Counted from the first letter of the stretch, positions 19,255-29,679 are shown. The stretch: DNA of 64,000 bases from an uncultured Candidatus Saccharibacteria bacterium (GCA_964562905.1 CAZLVG010000001.1:2297-66296), one strand, 5' to 3'. A program made the numbers and translations. Notes: generated by a model from the sequence alone, not told the origin.

Positions 19255-20889
19255 TTGACGCCGCCTATGCGCCCGCTTATCAGATGGATAGATAAGCACG
19301 CGGCAGTGATAATGGCCGCCATAGCGGCGCTTTACCTGGTTTACGCGGGCGCGTTGAGCGCGATGGATCACTTCGGCCTGCGCACCCAGCTGTCCGATCT
19401 GGGGCATATGGAGCAGGCTATTTGGCAGATAACCCAGGGGGACCCGGCCATGACACAGTCGGATCCCGCGCTTAACCTGCCGCGGATGCGGGTGCACGCC
19501 AATGTGATTTTTTATCTTATCGCGCCTTTTTACGCCCTTTTCCCCTCACCTGTCACTCTGTTGCTTCTGGGCACGGCCGCGGTGGCTTCCGCGGGCTTCC
19601 TGTTTTTTCTGCTGGCGCGCCATGTCTTAAACAGCCATTCGCTGGCGCTTCTCTTCGGCGTTGCCTTCCTGGCTAATCCGCTGGTCCAGGAAGCCAACCT
19701 TTACGATTTTCACCCCATAGTGCTGGCTTTCCCGCTTTTTCTGGCCGTCCTGCTGTTCCAGGAAAAACGCCAGTGGGCCGGTTATTGGCTAGCTTTGCTG
19801 CTGCTCCTGTCCGTCAAGGAAACCCTGCTGCCGGTGGCAGCCGCCATAGGCGTGTATGTGACCATCCGCTCCTCTAAAAAACACGGTCTTATAACCATAC
19901 TGGCCGCCGCCACGTACTTCTTCGCGCTAAGCGAACTGCTGCCGCTGGCAACCGGCTTCCCCGTGGCGGAGCTTCAGCCTAGATTTGATTATTTGGGCGC
20001 CACTCCCAAAGAAGCCCTGGTTAAGGCCTTGACCAGCCCGGGCGAGCTGCTGGGGGTAGTACTGCCACGTGATAAGTTAACCTATCTGGCCTATCTGGCA
20101 CCACAAGGCAGCTTCCTGGCCGTTCTTTCACCCCTGGCCGCCTTGTGGGCTCTGCCCCCCATTGCGTTCAACCTGCTTGACCTCCTTGGCTTCCAGGTCC
20201 GAATCACCGGCGCGTACCACTCCGGCCTGGTAATCACTGCCGCGTATGCCGCCGCTCTTTACGGACTGCGTTTTGTCAGCCGCCGGCGGCCTGGCTGGTC
20301 TCGCGGCCTGATAGGACTGTTTGTCCTGCAAGCGGCGGCTATCTCCCTGGTCATGAGCCCGACCCCTTACGGACTGCTGTCGTCTTGGCGAGACTTCCGT
20401 TTAAACCACGACTACGACAAATTTGCCGACATCGCCACTCTTATCCCTCCCCGCGCCGCTCTGTCCACCCAGAACGGCCCCGCCGCCCACCTGGCTGCCC
20501 GCGATATTGTTGTCAAATATCCCCATAACACCCAGGCTGTGGATTATATCCTGCTGCACGTACATGATCCCACCAACTGTAACAACGGGATGTTTTTTGC
20601 CGACAGCCCGTCGGTGGCTTTTCCATCATGGACCGGTAAGTATAAAAAAGAGACACTTGACCCGGCCTTCGCTGAAAACGATTTCGGGGTCTTGGCTTAC
20701 CGTCCGCCCTGGTATTTGTTTAAACGCGGCCACAACCGCCAGCTTAACGCTAAGGCGTACGAAAAAGCTATGAAAGACCTGCGCCGGTACCCGCCTTACG
20801 CGGTAAAGCGTCAGCTTAAGTGTAATTCCGTCGACAGGTTGCAGGAGCTATATGCCGAACAGTTGTCTCGTGTTGGTCTGGGTAGCTAA
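19255..20889 (+). CDS. DUF2079-like GT-C membrane protein
   Basis: DLGHMEQAIW, LYDFHP, SVKE motifs typical of DUF2079; polytopic. Confidence 0.75.
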   Translation: MTPPMRPLIRWIDKHAAVIMAAIAALYLVYAGALSAMDHFGLRTQLSDLGHMEQAIWQITQGDPAMTQSDPALNLPRMRVHANVIFYLIAPFYALFPSPVTLLLLGTAAVASAGFLFFLLARHVLNSHSLALLFGVAFLANPLVQEANLYDFHPIVLAFPLFLAVLLFQEKRQWAGYWLALLLLLSVKETLLPVAAAIGVYVTIRSSKKHGLITILAAATYFFALSELLPLATGFPVAELQPRFDYLGATPKEALVKALTSPGELLGVVLPRDKLTYLAYLAPQGSFLAVLSPLAALWALPPIAFNLLDLLGFQVRITGAYHSGLVITAAYAAALYGLRFVSRRRPGWSRGLIGLFVLQAAAISLVMSPTPYGLLSSWRDFRLNHDYDKFADIATLIPPRAALSTQNGPAAHLAARDIVVKYPHNTQAVDYILLHVHDPTNCNNGMFFADSPSVAFPSWTGKYKKETLDPAFAENDFGVLAYRPPWYLFKRGHNRQLNAKAYEKAMKDLRRYPPYAVKRQLKCNSVDRLQELYAEQLSRVGLGS

Positions 20890-21636
20890 CTCAACCCTAT
20901 CAAGCGGCACCCTTCTTAGTTCCGCTACTTTTCGAGCCACCAATTCCACATAGGCCGGCTCGTTGCGTTGCCCCCGATAAGGCTCCGGCGCCAGGAAAGG
21001 GCAGTCCGTTTCCAACAACATTCTGTCCAAAGGAACCACGCGGGTCGCCTCGGCCGCCTCCCCGGCATTCTTGAAAGTCACTACCCCGTTGAAAGCAAGA
21101 TACATGCCTAATTCAAGATACTCCTCCGCCTGCCGGCGGCTGCCGTTGAATGAGTGCATCACGCCTGGGGGCAGCTGGTCCTGGCTGTAAGAAGCCAACA
21201 GTTTGATGACTTCATCGTGCGCATCAATATCATCGCCGCTCCTTACATGAAAAACGATCGGCAGGCCATGCGATCGCGCCAGCGCCATAAAACCGGTCAG
21301 TGCCTTTAACTGCTTCGGCAAATTTCCCCCCCGATACAAGTCAATCCCTACCTCGCCCACTGCCTTAACCTCTTCTTCCCGCGCCAGCCCGCGCAGCCGC
21401 CTCCAGTCGCCCTCTTCCAAATCTTCCGCCTCGCTCGGGTGAACCCCCACCGTTGCCCCTACTCCCACACCCTGACCGCGGTACTGCCGCGCTAGACTAA
21501 TAGCCTTCTCGCTGCTCGCCACGCCCGTACCCACCTCAACCCAGCCTCCAACCCCGGCTTCCCGCGCCCTGCTAATAACCTCTTCCCTGTCACCGTCAAA
21601 CTGGGGAAAAGCGACGTGCGCGTGGCTGTCAATCAT
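20848..21636 (-). CDS. tatD: TatD family nuclease
   Basis: IDSHAH, GVHP, GEVGID, HSF, LETDCPFLAP, RNEP. Confidence 0.95.
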   Translation of the reverse strand: MIDSHAHVAFPQFDGDREEVISRAREAGVGGWVEVGTGVASSEKAISLARQYRGQGVGVGATVGVHPSEAEDLEEGDWRRLRGLAREEEVKAVGEVGIDLYRGGNLPKQLKALTGFMALARSHGLPIVFHVRSGDDIDAHDEVIKLLASYSQDQLPPGVMHSFNGSRRQAEEYLELGMYLAFNGVVTFKNAGEAAEATRVVPLDRMLLETDCPFLAPEPYRGQRNEPAYVELVARKVAELRRVPLDRVELATQTNTRQLFGI

Positions 21637-21637
21637 C

Positions 21638-21901
21638 CTAGCTCTCCCCCGCCCTTACTATCAGCCATAAATTCCTCACATACACCAATATACCCACACT
21701 CTGCCCCGCGATAAACACCGGATCCCTTATGTGTACAGCGTAAACCAGCAACCCCATGCCCCCCGCCAGGCTCAAATACCAAAAAGCTTTGGGTATCACC
21801 GACCGTCCCTGCTTCTCCGACACTACCCACTGCACAAAAAAACGCATAAAAAAGGCCGCCTGCGCCCCAAAACCCAGCCACAACCACAAATCTTCAGGCA
21901 T
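21638..21901 (-). CDS. LAB_N (lipid A biosynthesis N-terminal) domain small membrane protein
   Basis: GFGAQAAFFMRFFVQW..SE...SVIP..FWYLSL.G...DPVFI.GQ...VYVRNL. Confidence 0.85.
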   Translation of the reverse strand: MPEDLWLWLGFGAQAAFFMRFFVQWVVSEKQGRSVIPKAFWYLSLAGGMGLLVYAVHIRDPVFIAGQSVGILVYVRNLWLIVRAGES

Positions 21902-22586
21902 ACTTTCCGAAGCCTTTCGCCCGGCGCACTTTAATCAAGCCCGCCGCCGCGCGCCATATCCTATTCCTGATACCGTATTTTGAACGCCCATGCCTCCTGG
22001 GAAAATGCCGCACCGTGTGCTGGGCAACCCTAAAACCAGCCGCTGCCATCAAGAAAGGGAAAAACCTGTGGGCCCCCTCGAAAGCATCAAGACAGGCTAC
22101 CACCTTCCGGTCAAATACCCGCAGCGGACAGCCAATGTCGCGAAAGTCGTCTTTCAAAACCAACCGCTGCGCCGCGTTAGCTATCCACGAAGACGCCTTC
22201 CTAACCAGTGAATCCCGCCTTCTTTCCCTCCACCCTACCACCGCGTCGTACCCCTCTTCCAGCCTTTTAAACATGGCCGGAATGGCAGCCACGTCGTCTT
22301 GGAGATCCCCATCCAAAGTAACTATTACCCTGCCCGCCGCCGCCCGAAAACCAGCCAACAAAGCCGCTGTCTTTTTCTTGTTATTCTCAAATCTAATGAC
22401 CCGCGCCGCGCCGTCTCCAATCTCATCCAAACGATTACAAGTGGCGTCACTCGACCCGTCATCCACAAAAATAACCTCGTACCCGCCGGCCAGCCCCATC
22501 CCGCTCAAAACTTTTTTTATCTGGTCAAAAAGCGGCTGCACCGAATCCTCCTCGTTATACACTGGAACCACCACGGAAATATCCAT
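21894..22586 (-). CDS. GT2 polyprenyl-phosphate glycosyltransferase (ArnC/DPM-like)
   Basis: ISVVVPVYNEE, VDDGSSD, LDGDLQD, HRF, H.PR.HG.SKYG. Confidence 0.92.
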   Translation of the reverse strand: MDISVVVPVYNEEDSVQPLFDQIKKVLSGMGLAGGYEVIFVDDGSSDATCNRLDEIGDGAARVIRFENNKKKTAALLAGFRAAAGRVIVTLDGDLQDDVAAIPAMFKRLEEGYDAVVGWRERRRDSLVRKASSWIANAAQRLVLKDDFRDIGCPLRVFDRKVVACLDAFEGAHRFFPFLMAAAGFRVAQHTVRHFPRRHGRSKYGIRNRIWRAAAGLIKVRRAKGFGKYA

Positions 22587-22615
22587 ACCCTAATATAAAC
22601 ACCACTTCCCCGCTT

Positions 22616-23056
22616 ATGCTATCCTTCACTCACACCATCTTGAGTCTTCCCCTGGCCGACCTCTTCCACAATCCCGCCGCCATCTTCCTCGCCGCCTTCC
22701 TTCTCCACCTAGCCGCCGACGCCATCCTCCACTGGAACGTGGATCCGACCAGGCGGCCCTATCCCTACAAGTTCGTGGCTCTTGACGTGCTATCCGGCCT
22801 CGCCCTGGCCCTGCCCATCGCCGCCGGCCGCTGGCCAGTCCTGTCCACCCTGGCTGCCATTGCCGGCGGCAACGCGCCCGACGCCATTCACTCTTTGTGG
22901 TACATCTTTAAGCCCACCAAGTACAGCAAATATATTCATTGGCTAGAACCCTTCCTCTCCTTCCACAAAAAAATCCAGCGCGAGACCACCAGTGTCCCCC
23001 TCGGCCTAGCCTCGCAAATAATCCTCATCGCCCTGGCCCTTTCTCTCGTCTTATAA
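22616..23056 (+). CDS. Small membrane protein, possible membrane-bound metal-binding hydrolase
   Basis: Hydrophobic; H near N-terminus, HLAADAILHW, NAPD, FHKKIQ motifs. Confidence 0.6.
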   Translation: MLSFTHTILSLPLADLFHNPAAIFLAAFLLHLAADAILHWNVDPTRRPYPYKFVALDVLSGLALALPIAAGRWPVLSTLAAIAGGNAPDAIHSLWYIFKPTKYSKYIHWLEPFLSFHKKIQRETTSVPLGLASQIILIALALSLVL

Positions 23057-23080
23057 TCCAAAACCCGGTACACTAATCCC

Positions 23081-23381
23081 GTGCCAAACAACAACAAACC
23101 CGCCACCAAAGGATGGCGTCCGCGAAGCCGCCGGCGAGCTAGCCGAAGCCGTTAAGATTGGCTTTGATCGCACGGCCACCAAAGACGATTTAGCGACACT
23201 TGACAAGAGAGTCGATGGCCCAGACAAGAAAGTTGACAATCTTGATAAGAAGTTCGGCAGACTCGCGCGCGGCCAAAAAGCCATGCTTGGCATTCTGGAC
23301 GAGAACAACAAACTGCCTAAAGAAATACGTCGTCTACCCGAACGCGTCGCTCGCCTCGAGCGATCAGTCTTCCACCGCTGA
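23081..23381 (+). pseudogene. Frameshifted small coiled-coil protein gene (ATKDDL motif)
   Basis: GTG 23081 gives MPNNNKPATK; skipping one base at ACCAAAG continues DGVREAAGELAEAVKIGFDRTATKDDLATLDKRVDG...RVARLERSVFHR to TGA 23381; span is 301 nt (3n+1). Confidence 0.65.
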
Positions 23382-23391
23382 TAACTCTACG

Positions 23392-24444
23392 TTAACCCGC
23401 TAGTTCTTCGCCAGTCTTAGAAGTTGACACTAAGTCATTAACAAAAGCACTCACTACCACCGCCGCCGGCACCGCCAGCAGCACCCCCACTACCCCTACC
23501 AGCCTCGCCCCCAAGAGCACCGCCAAAATCGTCACCAACGGATTTAAGCCCGTTGCCTTGCGCATGATGAAAGGAATCAGCAGGTGATTTTCCGCCTGCT
23601 GTACCAGCAGGTAGAACAACGCCACCCCCAAGCCCAACAGCCACGACTGGGTAAACCCAACCAAGACCGCCGGCACCGCCGCTATTATCGGCCCCATAAT
23701 CGGCACCAACTCCAGTACCCCCGCCACCAAACCCAACAGCAGTGAATACGGCACTCCCATAATCCACAAACCAGCCGCTACCGTAACGCCGACTATCACC
23801 CCCAGCGACAGCTGAGCCACTACCCAGCGCCCCATCACTCTCTGCGTCCGGTCAATCACCATTTCCACGTAAGCCAAATGTCTAGCCGGCACCACCATGC
23901 GGAACGGCTTTTTTACCGCCTCTTTGTCCACTACCAAATACAAAGCGATCACGAACATGAAAATCAGCGTAAACACCCCGGAGAACACCGTGCGCGTCTG
24001 TCGAAACAGCCCCGCCCCTACATTGGTCAAGTCCTTCCCCACTCCGGCCAGCGCCTGCTGCCACGCGCTGACGGCTCCCCTAACTTCCCCCGTAGAAGGA
24101 ATCAAGCCCCGAACGCTCAAATACTCCATCAAAGCCGGCAGGGCATGGGACAACTGCGTCAACTGCTCCGTCAGCGGCGGTATGATCAGCGATACCACCA
24201 CCGCCGCCACCACTAGCACCAGCCCGTACACCAGCGCCACCGACACCGCCCTTGGCACCAGGTACCTCTCCAGCCTGTCAGCTACCGGCCGGATGGCGCT
24301 GGCCACCACCACCGACGCGAACAACATCAGTAGAAAATCAAATATTATGTATATGAACCAGAAGCTTATCAGCACCAGAACAACCCTGAAGACCGTTCCC
24401 GTCGAGATATCCACGTTACTGTTAGCTTTTGGATTAACAGTCAT
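23392..24444 (-). CDS. AI-2E (PerM/UPF0118) family transporter
   Basis: LELVPIMGPII, QQAENHLLIP, GLNPLVTILAVL, GVLLAVP. Confidence 0.92.
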   Translation of the reverse strand: MTVNPKANSNVDISTGTVFRVVLVLISFWFIYIIFDFLLMLFASVVVASAIRPVADRLERYLVPRAVSVALVYGLVLVVAAVVVSLIIPPLTEQLTQLSHALPALMEYLSVRGLIPSTGEVRGAVSAWQQALAGVGKDLTNVGAGLFRQTRTVFSGVFTLIFMFVIALYLVVDKEAVKKPFRMVVPARHLAYVEMVIDRTQRVMGRWVVAQLSLGVIVGVTVAAGLWIMGVPYSLLLGLVAGVLELVPIMGPIIAAVPAVLVGFTQSWLLGLGVALFYLLVQQAENHLLIPFIMRKATGLNPLVTILAVLLGARLVGVVGVLLAVPAAVVVSAFVNDLVSTSKTGEELAG

Positions 24445-24453
24445 GGTTAAATA

Positions 24454-25737
24454 TTAACCCGTTCGCAACTGCTGTTCAAAAACATCGGGCGAGGATTGCG
24501 GCCCCAGCACAGCCACCGCCCGCTGGTCTGTCCGCAGCAATGCTCGCGCCGTGCTCTGAATTTCCCGCGCCGTTACTGATAAAATTCTTCGTTCTATATC
24601 ATCCGGCGTCATCACTTTCTTCTGCAACAGTTCCTGCATTCCCGCAAATACAGCCAGGGAATTGGTTTCCTCCAGCTCCAGCGCCAGCCGGCCTTTTATC
24701 ATCTGCCTGGCCTTGTCTATTTCGGCCTGCGCCACCGCCTCCTGCATAATCCGGTCATACTGCCGCAAGATAAGCTTGAGGGCAAAACCGGCCTTATCGG
24801 TACGCAACCCAGCCTGCGTTTCAAATCCGCCGGTATCCGTAAGATTTTCCGAAGAAGTACGCAGGGAGTAAGCCAGACCCTTGTTTTCTCTTACTTCCAT
24901 AAACAAACGGCTGCTCATGCCGCCGCCCAGAATGACAGCCAGTACTTCAGTGGCCCACCGGCGTTCATCCCTCAGCGACGTGCCGGGCACACCCACTATC
25001 AAATGAGTCTGGTCCAGGGAAGACCTGTTTTCAAAGACAAGCCGCTGGGTTGGCCCTGCTCGCGCCCGCTCCGGTTTTGTTTCCTTACCGCGGGGAAGAC
25101 CCCGAAACCATCCCTCTATCTTGGATAGGATCCCGCGTTCTCTGAAGTTGCCCGCGACGACCACCACCGTGTTGCCCGTATGGTAGTGGCATCCCGTGTA
25201 ATTCAGAAAATCGTTTCTGGTAAACCGGGCTACCGTCTCTGGTGTTCCGTCGACCCGGCGCCCCAATGGATGTCCGCCGAACAGCGCCCGGCGCCAAAGA
25301 TGATTAACATGCCTCATCGGGGCATCCGTATGCATTTTAATCTCCTCCATAATAACTCCCCTCTCGCGCTCTATCTCGCGGGACGGGAAAACGGAATTAA
25401 GCAGAATGTCCGCCACGACATCCCCAGCCAAGTCCAGATGATCCTGAGCAGCCTTTACGTAATATCCCGTTACTTCTTCGCCTGTAAAAGCGTTATATTC
25501 CGCTCCCATATTGTCCAAGGTTTCGGCAATCTCCAGCTTGTCAGAGCGTTTACGGGTCCCCTTAAAAAACATATGTTCCAGAAAATGCGAAAGTCCGCTT
25601 TGCTTTTCTTTTTCATAACGGGAGCCCACACCGATCAACACCAGTAGGGTAAACGCCTTACCTTCCGTGCGCGGCAACAGCAGCACGCGCAAGCCGGACG
25701 GCAACCTCTTTTTTACTACCGGGAAATCTTCAGCCAC
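24454..25737 (-). CDS. M16 family zinc peptidase
   Basis: GLSHFLEHMFFKGT (HxxEH), NAFT, GGGMSSRLF.EVRE.KGLAY. Confidence 0.95.
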   Translation of the reverse strand: MAEDFPVVKKRLPSGLRVLLLPRTEGKAFTLLVLIGVGSRYEKEKQSGLSHFLEHMFFKGTRKRSDKLEIAETLDNMGAEYNAFTGEEVTGYYVKAAQDHLDLAGDVVADILLNSVFPSREIERERGVIMEEIKMHTDAPMRHVNHLWRRALFGGHPLGRRVDGTPETVARFTRNDFLNYTGCHYHTGNTVVVVAGNFRERGILSKIEGWFRGLPRGKETKPERARAGPTQRLVFENRSSLDQTHLIVGVPGTSLRDERRWATEVLAVILGGGMSSRLFMEVRENKGLAYSLRTSSENLTDTGGFETQAGLRTDKAGFALKLILRQYDRIMQEAVAQAEIDKARQMIKGRLALELEETNSLAVFAGMQELLQKKVMTPDDIERRILSVTAREIQSTARALLRTDQRAVAVLGPQSSPDVFEQQLRTG

Positions 25738-25760
25738 GCCTTCAACTTCGCGCTTTAAAC

Positions 25761-27077
25761 TTAACTGCCGAGTTTGCCGCTTACTACCCCCGGCACTTCG
25801 GCCAGCGGCACCCTCTCCTGTTCCATGGTGTCCCTGTCCCTGATGGTGACCGCTTTATCCTCTAACGTTTCAAAATCCACTGTCACGCACCAAGGAGTGC
25901 CTACCTCATCCTGACGCCGGTAGCGCTTGCCTATGGACTGCGTCACGTCATAGTCACAACTGAATTTTCCGGCCAGTCCGCGAGCCAGCGGCTCGGCCAC
26001 TTCCAGCAGTTTATCCTGGCGGGACAGCGGCAATACCGCCACCTGGTAGGGCGACATCCTGGCCGGGAATTTCATTACTACCCGCTTCTCCTGCCCGCCC
26101 TTGGCCGAAGGCGCCTTTTCTTCACGGTAGGCCGACACCATCATAGCCAACACAGTGCGGTCCACCCCAAAAGTGGGCTCCACCACATGCGGTACGAACT
26201 TCTCTCCCGTCTCCGGATCGGTATAACTCATGTCCCGGCCCGACTTTTCCATGTGCAAGCGCAAGTCATAATCAGCCCGGTAAGCCAAGCCGTAGAGTTC
26301 CTGCCTGCCGAAAGGAAAGTTAAACTCCAGGTCTACCGTCCGACGGGAATAGAAGGCCCTCTCCTCCTTGGAAATCTCGTGTTCATGAATTTTACTACCG
26401 TCAATGCCGCAAAGATTGACCCACTTGTGCATTTCTTCCAGCCATCTGTCAAACTGCGGCCGCCACTTTTCCGGACGTATGAAGTACTCAATTTCCATCT
26501 GTTCAAACTCACGCGTGCGGAAAATAAAGTTGCGGGGGGTAATTTCGTTGCGGAACGCTTTACCGAGTTGCGCTATGCCGAACGGAATTCTGTGCCGCCC
26601 GGACGCCAGCACCAGCGGGAAATTAACCAGCATGCCCTGAGCCGTTTCCGGACGTAAATACACCACCGAGGAATCGTCTTCCTTGGGACCCAAGAAAGTC
26701 TTGAACATCATATTAAAGGCCACCGGCTCCGTAAAGCTGTCTGCGGCCCGGCAACGCGGGCAAGGAGCGGACATATCTATCTCGTCGGACCGATAGCGGC
26801 GGCGGCACTGCCTGCATTCCGTAAGGGGATCGCTGAACTCGTCGAGATGGCCGCTGGCTTCCCATACTTTGGGATTCATTATCAGTGCGGAATCCAAACC
26901 AACCACGTCCAGCCGCCGGCGCACAAACATGTCCCACCACGCCTGCTTAATATTGTTTTTTAGCAACACGCCCAACGGGCCGTAATCCCAGCTGCTAGCT
27001 AAACCACCGTAGATTTCCGACCCGGGAAAAACAAACCCCCGCCTTTTGGCCAAAGAAACAATTTTTTTCATGTCCAT
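25761..27077 (-). CDS. glyQS: Glycine--tRNA ligase, alpha2 type
   Basis: KRRGFVFPGSEIYGG, YLRPETAQG, FRNEITPRNFIFRTREFEQME, SIGKRYRRQDEVGTP. Confidence 0.97.
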   Translation of the reverse strand: MDMKKIVSLAKRRGFVFPGSEIYGGLASSWDYGPLGVLLKNNIKQAWWDMFVRRRLDVVGLDSALIMNPKVWEASGHLDEFSDPLTECRQCRRRYRSDEIDMSAPCPRCRAADSFTEPVAFNMMFKTFLGPKEDDSSVVYLRPETAQGMLVNFPLVLASGRHRIPFGIAQLGKAFRNEITPRNFIFRTREFEQMEIEYFIRPEKWRPQFDRWLEEMHKWVNLCGIDGSKIHEHEISKEERAFYSRRTVDLEFNFPFGRQELYGLAYRADYDLRLHMEKSGRDMSYTDPETGEKFVPHVVEPTFGVDRTVLAMMVSAYREEKAPSAKGGQEKRVVMKFPARMSPYQVAVLPLSRQDKLLEVAEPLARGLAGKFSCDYDVTQSIGKRYRRQDEVGTPWCVTVDFETLEDKAVTIRDRDTMEQERVPLAEVPGVVSGKLGS

Positions 27078-27157
27078 GCCCTTAACTTACCAGTTTATGC
27101 TCCTCCACCTAAAGTAAACTGGCCGGCCTCCAAAAACAATGTTTACGTCCTGCGCCA

Positions 27158-27682
27158 CTACACATTCCAGGGCATTTGCCTCTCGGCCGGCATCCCTCGC
27201 CGGCGGCGCGCCTCCCGTTGCAAGTCCTTGGTAATTTCGCGATACCGTTCGTCGCGCGCCCGTGCCAACTCATGTTCCCGCCTCCGCCAGCTGGTGTCAA
27301 ATCCCCGCTCCGCCTCCTTTTTTCTTAACTCAAACCTTTTCCTGGCTTTTTCCTCGGCTCGCTCTTCTCCCAAAACACCCGCTTTCCGCTCGTAATAACT
27401 AGCTATACTTTGCTTTTGTCGGCGCAGCTTACCTTTCAACTCGCCCCTCGCCTTTCGTCTATCTTTTACTAGCCGCCTGCGCTTGGCCTGATAATTTTCT
27501 CTAGCCTCGCGCCTTCGTTTCCGCTTCTTCACCTCGTAACTGCTAAGGCTCCCGGCCAGGGGATTTAGCTGCTGTATCGGTCCGGGCGGCCCCAGGCGGC
27601 CCTTCCACGCGCGATCCTCCGAGCCGAGCCCTTCTCTTGGTGAAGAGCTAAGACCGAATAATCTGGAGATAAAGCCGGGCAT
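27158..27682 (-). CDS. Hypothetical, highly charged Arg/Lys/Glu helical protein
   Basis: 174-aa ORF tightly following the upstream gene on the same strand. Confidence 0.6.
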   Translation of the reverse strand: MPGFISRLFGLSSSPREGLGSEDRAWKGRLGPPGPIQQLNPLAGSLSSYEVKKRKRRREARENYQAKRRRLVKDRRKARGELKGKLRRQKQSIASYYERKAGVLGEERAEEKARKRFELRKKEAERGFDTSWRRREHELARARDERYREITKDLQREARRRRGMPAERQMPWNV

Positions 27683-27686
27683 GGCT

Positions 27687-29669
27687 CTACTGAACTCTCC
27701 CTTTGCCCGGCGCCGCCGTCTCCGTGTCCGGAAACGACGGCAAAGTTGCGCTTATGGCTTCGTCCGTAAACTGGTCCACCGCCGTCAGGTTAGTCTTATT
27801 GAGCAACGGCACGCTTTCTCCCCTCTTGTTCTCGCCCGGTGTGATAGCTACCTGCATATGCAGTTCCTGGTAAGGAACAGCTTTGCCTGTCAATCCCTCC
27901 ATGTAAGGAACAGTCCACTTAAGAGTCCCGGTGCGTTCATTAAATTCAAATTGTCCCGCAGTTTTATACATCTGACCCGTGTAGCTGACGCCATCCGGCA
28001 AAACGGCCGTCAGGCGCACGTCTCCCACATCATTCAGTGTTGATCCTATGCGCCAGCGGACAGTGTAAGTCGTTTCTTCGCCAACCTGCGGCGGCAGGGG
28101 GCCGGAGCTGATCAAACCCAAACGCCCGTCGTCATACAAGGCCGCGGCCTGTAAAATTAGGTTCGTGCGCACCGAGATAACCGCCCGGTCGGAGATCACC
28201 CGGCGCGGCTGTCCGGCCGGGGCCGGCAGGTCGGGGCTGTCCACGGTAGCCGTCGTTACCAGCACGTGGTTCTTGGCTTCCGCAGTATCGGCCAGCGTGT
28301 CGGTATCAAAAACGGAGAAAGAGTAGTTGACGGTTCCCTCCTGCTGCGGCTGCAGCACGGCTAATTCGGGCACCGTGGCCGCGGACCAGAAAATCTTTTT
28401 CTCCACCGGATCGTAAAAGCCGGATGACAGCTCCAGAGAGACGGGATTAAAGCTGGCGCCTTCAAACTTCACTTCCACGATCACGTCCTTAAGACCCACC
28501 GTGCCCACGTTGCGGTAGCGAACCTCTCCCGATATTCTGCTCCCCGCCCGTACAGCAACGGGCTGCGTGCTGCCGTTGTAAACCTGCTGCACTACCACTT
28601 CGGAAGTTGAAATATTTACCACGTGGCTAAGCTCACGCTGCACGAAATTTTCCCCTCGCTGCGAAATACCCGCCTCAAAATCTATCACCCGTTTTTCACC
28701 AGTCTGTCCCTCTACATAGAATACCAGCGTCAGCTCCTTATCCCCCAACGGCTCTAACCGAGACAGACGCCAACTGGAATCCACCGTGGAAAAACCGGGC
28801 GTAAAATCAATATCTTCCAAAGCCAGTTGTACTCCCGGAGCAGGTTTCACCTGCAAATACACGCCTTCCAGGGCTCTGCCGCTTAAATTACGCACCATCA
28901 CGCTGGACATAACGCGCTCGCCGCTGGCCGCGTCATCAGCAATGTTAAGCGAGACGTCCAAAGGCAGAGCCGTAATGGTAGTCGCCTTGGCTGCCGTTTT
29001 AGGAAACCTGCCGCTGGGAAAATTCTCGGGCGTCAGTACTAACTTGGTTCGGACCGTAGCCGTCTCATTCTGCTCTCCAATCAACTGTCCTCTGACTATG
29101 AGCTCTCCCTCTTCCCCGCTATTCAAGCGGCCTATTTTAAACACTATCTGCCTCCCTGAACGTTCAATTTCCTTGCTGGCGCTACGATAAGTGAAACCGC
29201 GGGGCACGTCTACCACCAGCTCCACGTCCAGCCAATTAACCCGGCTGGCATTGCCGTAAGAGATGCGGTACACAATTTCGTCACCGGCGGTGAACTCCGG
29301 CGGAGCCCCTACCTCCAAGACCACCTGGTTTTTCGTAACCGTCCTCGCCGACCTGTACATAACCGTAGCGGCGACGGCCACAATCATAATTATCAACAGC
29401 AGAGCCAGTATGCCTGAAAACCGCAATACTCTGCCCCACCGCTTCGCCCTGATCAAAGACAGATTTTTAAACTTGAGCGCGTTAAGAATGTCTGACGCTT
29501 TTTGAGGTTTTACTACCGGTCGCTGCCTCTTTACGCCAAGACGTTGGAGCTCTTCCTGCCTGTGACGCACTTCCTCCGACTGCTCTCTGGCGTATAAGTC
29601 ACGGCGAATAACGCCCAGCTCATCCCCCCTGTCTTCTTCTTTTCTCTTCTCTTCTTCCTCGCCTGCCAT
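27687..29669 (-). CDS. Single-pass membrane protein with repeated Ig-like (DUF11-like) domains
   Basis: One TM segment then beta-rich repeats (GDEIVYRISYGN, GEETTYTVRW, LPDGVSY). Confidence 0.8.
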   Translation of the reverse strand: MAGEEEEKRKEEDRGDELGVIRRDLYAREQSEEVRHRQEELQRLGVKRQRPVVKPQKASDILNALKFKNLSLIRAKRWGRVLRFSGILALLLIIMIVAVAATVMYRSARTVTKNQVVLEVGAPPEFTAGDEIVYRISYGNASRVNWLDVELVVDVPRGFTYRSASKEIERSGRQIVFKIGRLNSGEEGELIVRGQLIGEQNETATVRTKLVLTPENFPSGRFPKTAAKATTITALPLDVSLNIADDAASGERVMSSVMVRNLSGRALEGVYLQVKPAPGVQLALEDIDFTPGFSTVDSSWRLSRLEPLGDKELTLVFYVEGQTGEKRVIDFEAGISQRGENFVQRELSHVVNISTSEVVVQQVYNGSTQPVAVRAGSRISGEVRYRNVGTVGLKDVIVEVKFEGASFNPVSLELSSGFYDPVEKKIFWSAATVPELAVLQPQQEGTVNYSFSVFDTDTLADTAEAKNHVLVTTATVDSPDLPAPAGQPRRVISDRAVISVRTNLILQAAALYDDGRLGLISSGPLPPQVGEETTYTVRWRIGSTLNDVGDVRLTAVLPDGVSYTGQMYKTAGQFEFNERTGTLKWTVPYMEGLTGKAVPYQELHMQVAITPGENKRGESVPLLNKTNLTAVDQFTDEAISATLPSFPDTETAAPGKGRVQ

Positions 29670-29679
29670 ACTGTCAATT

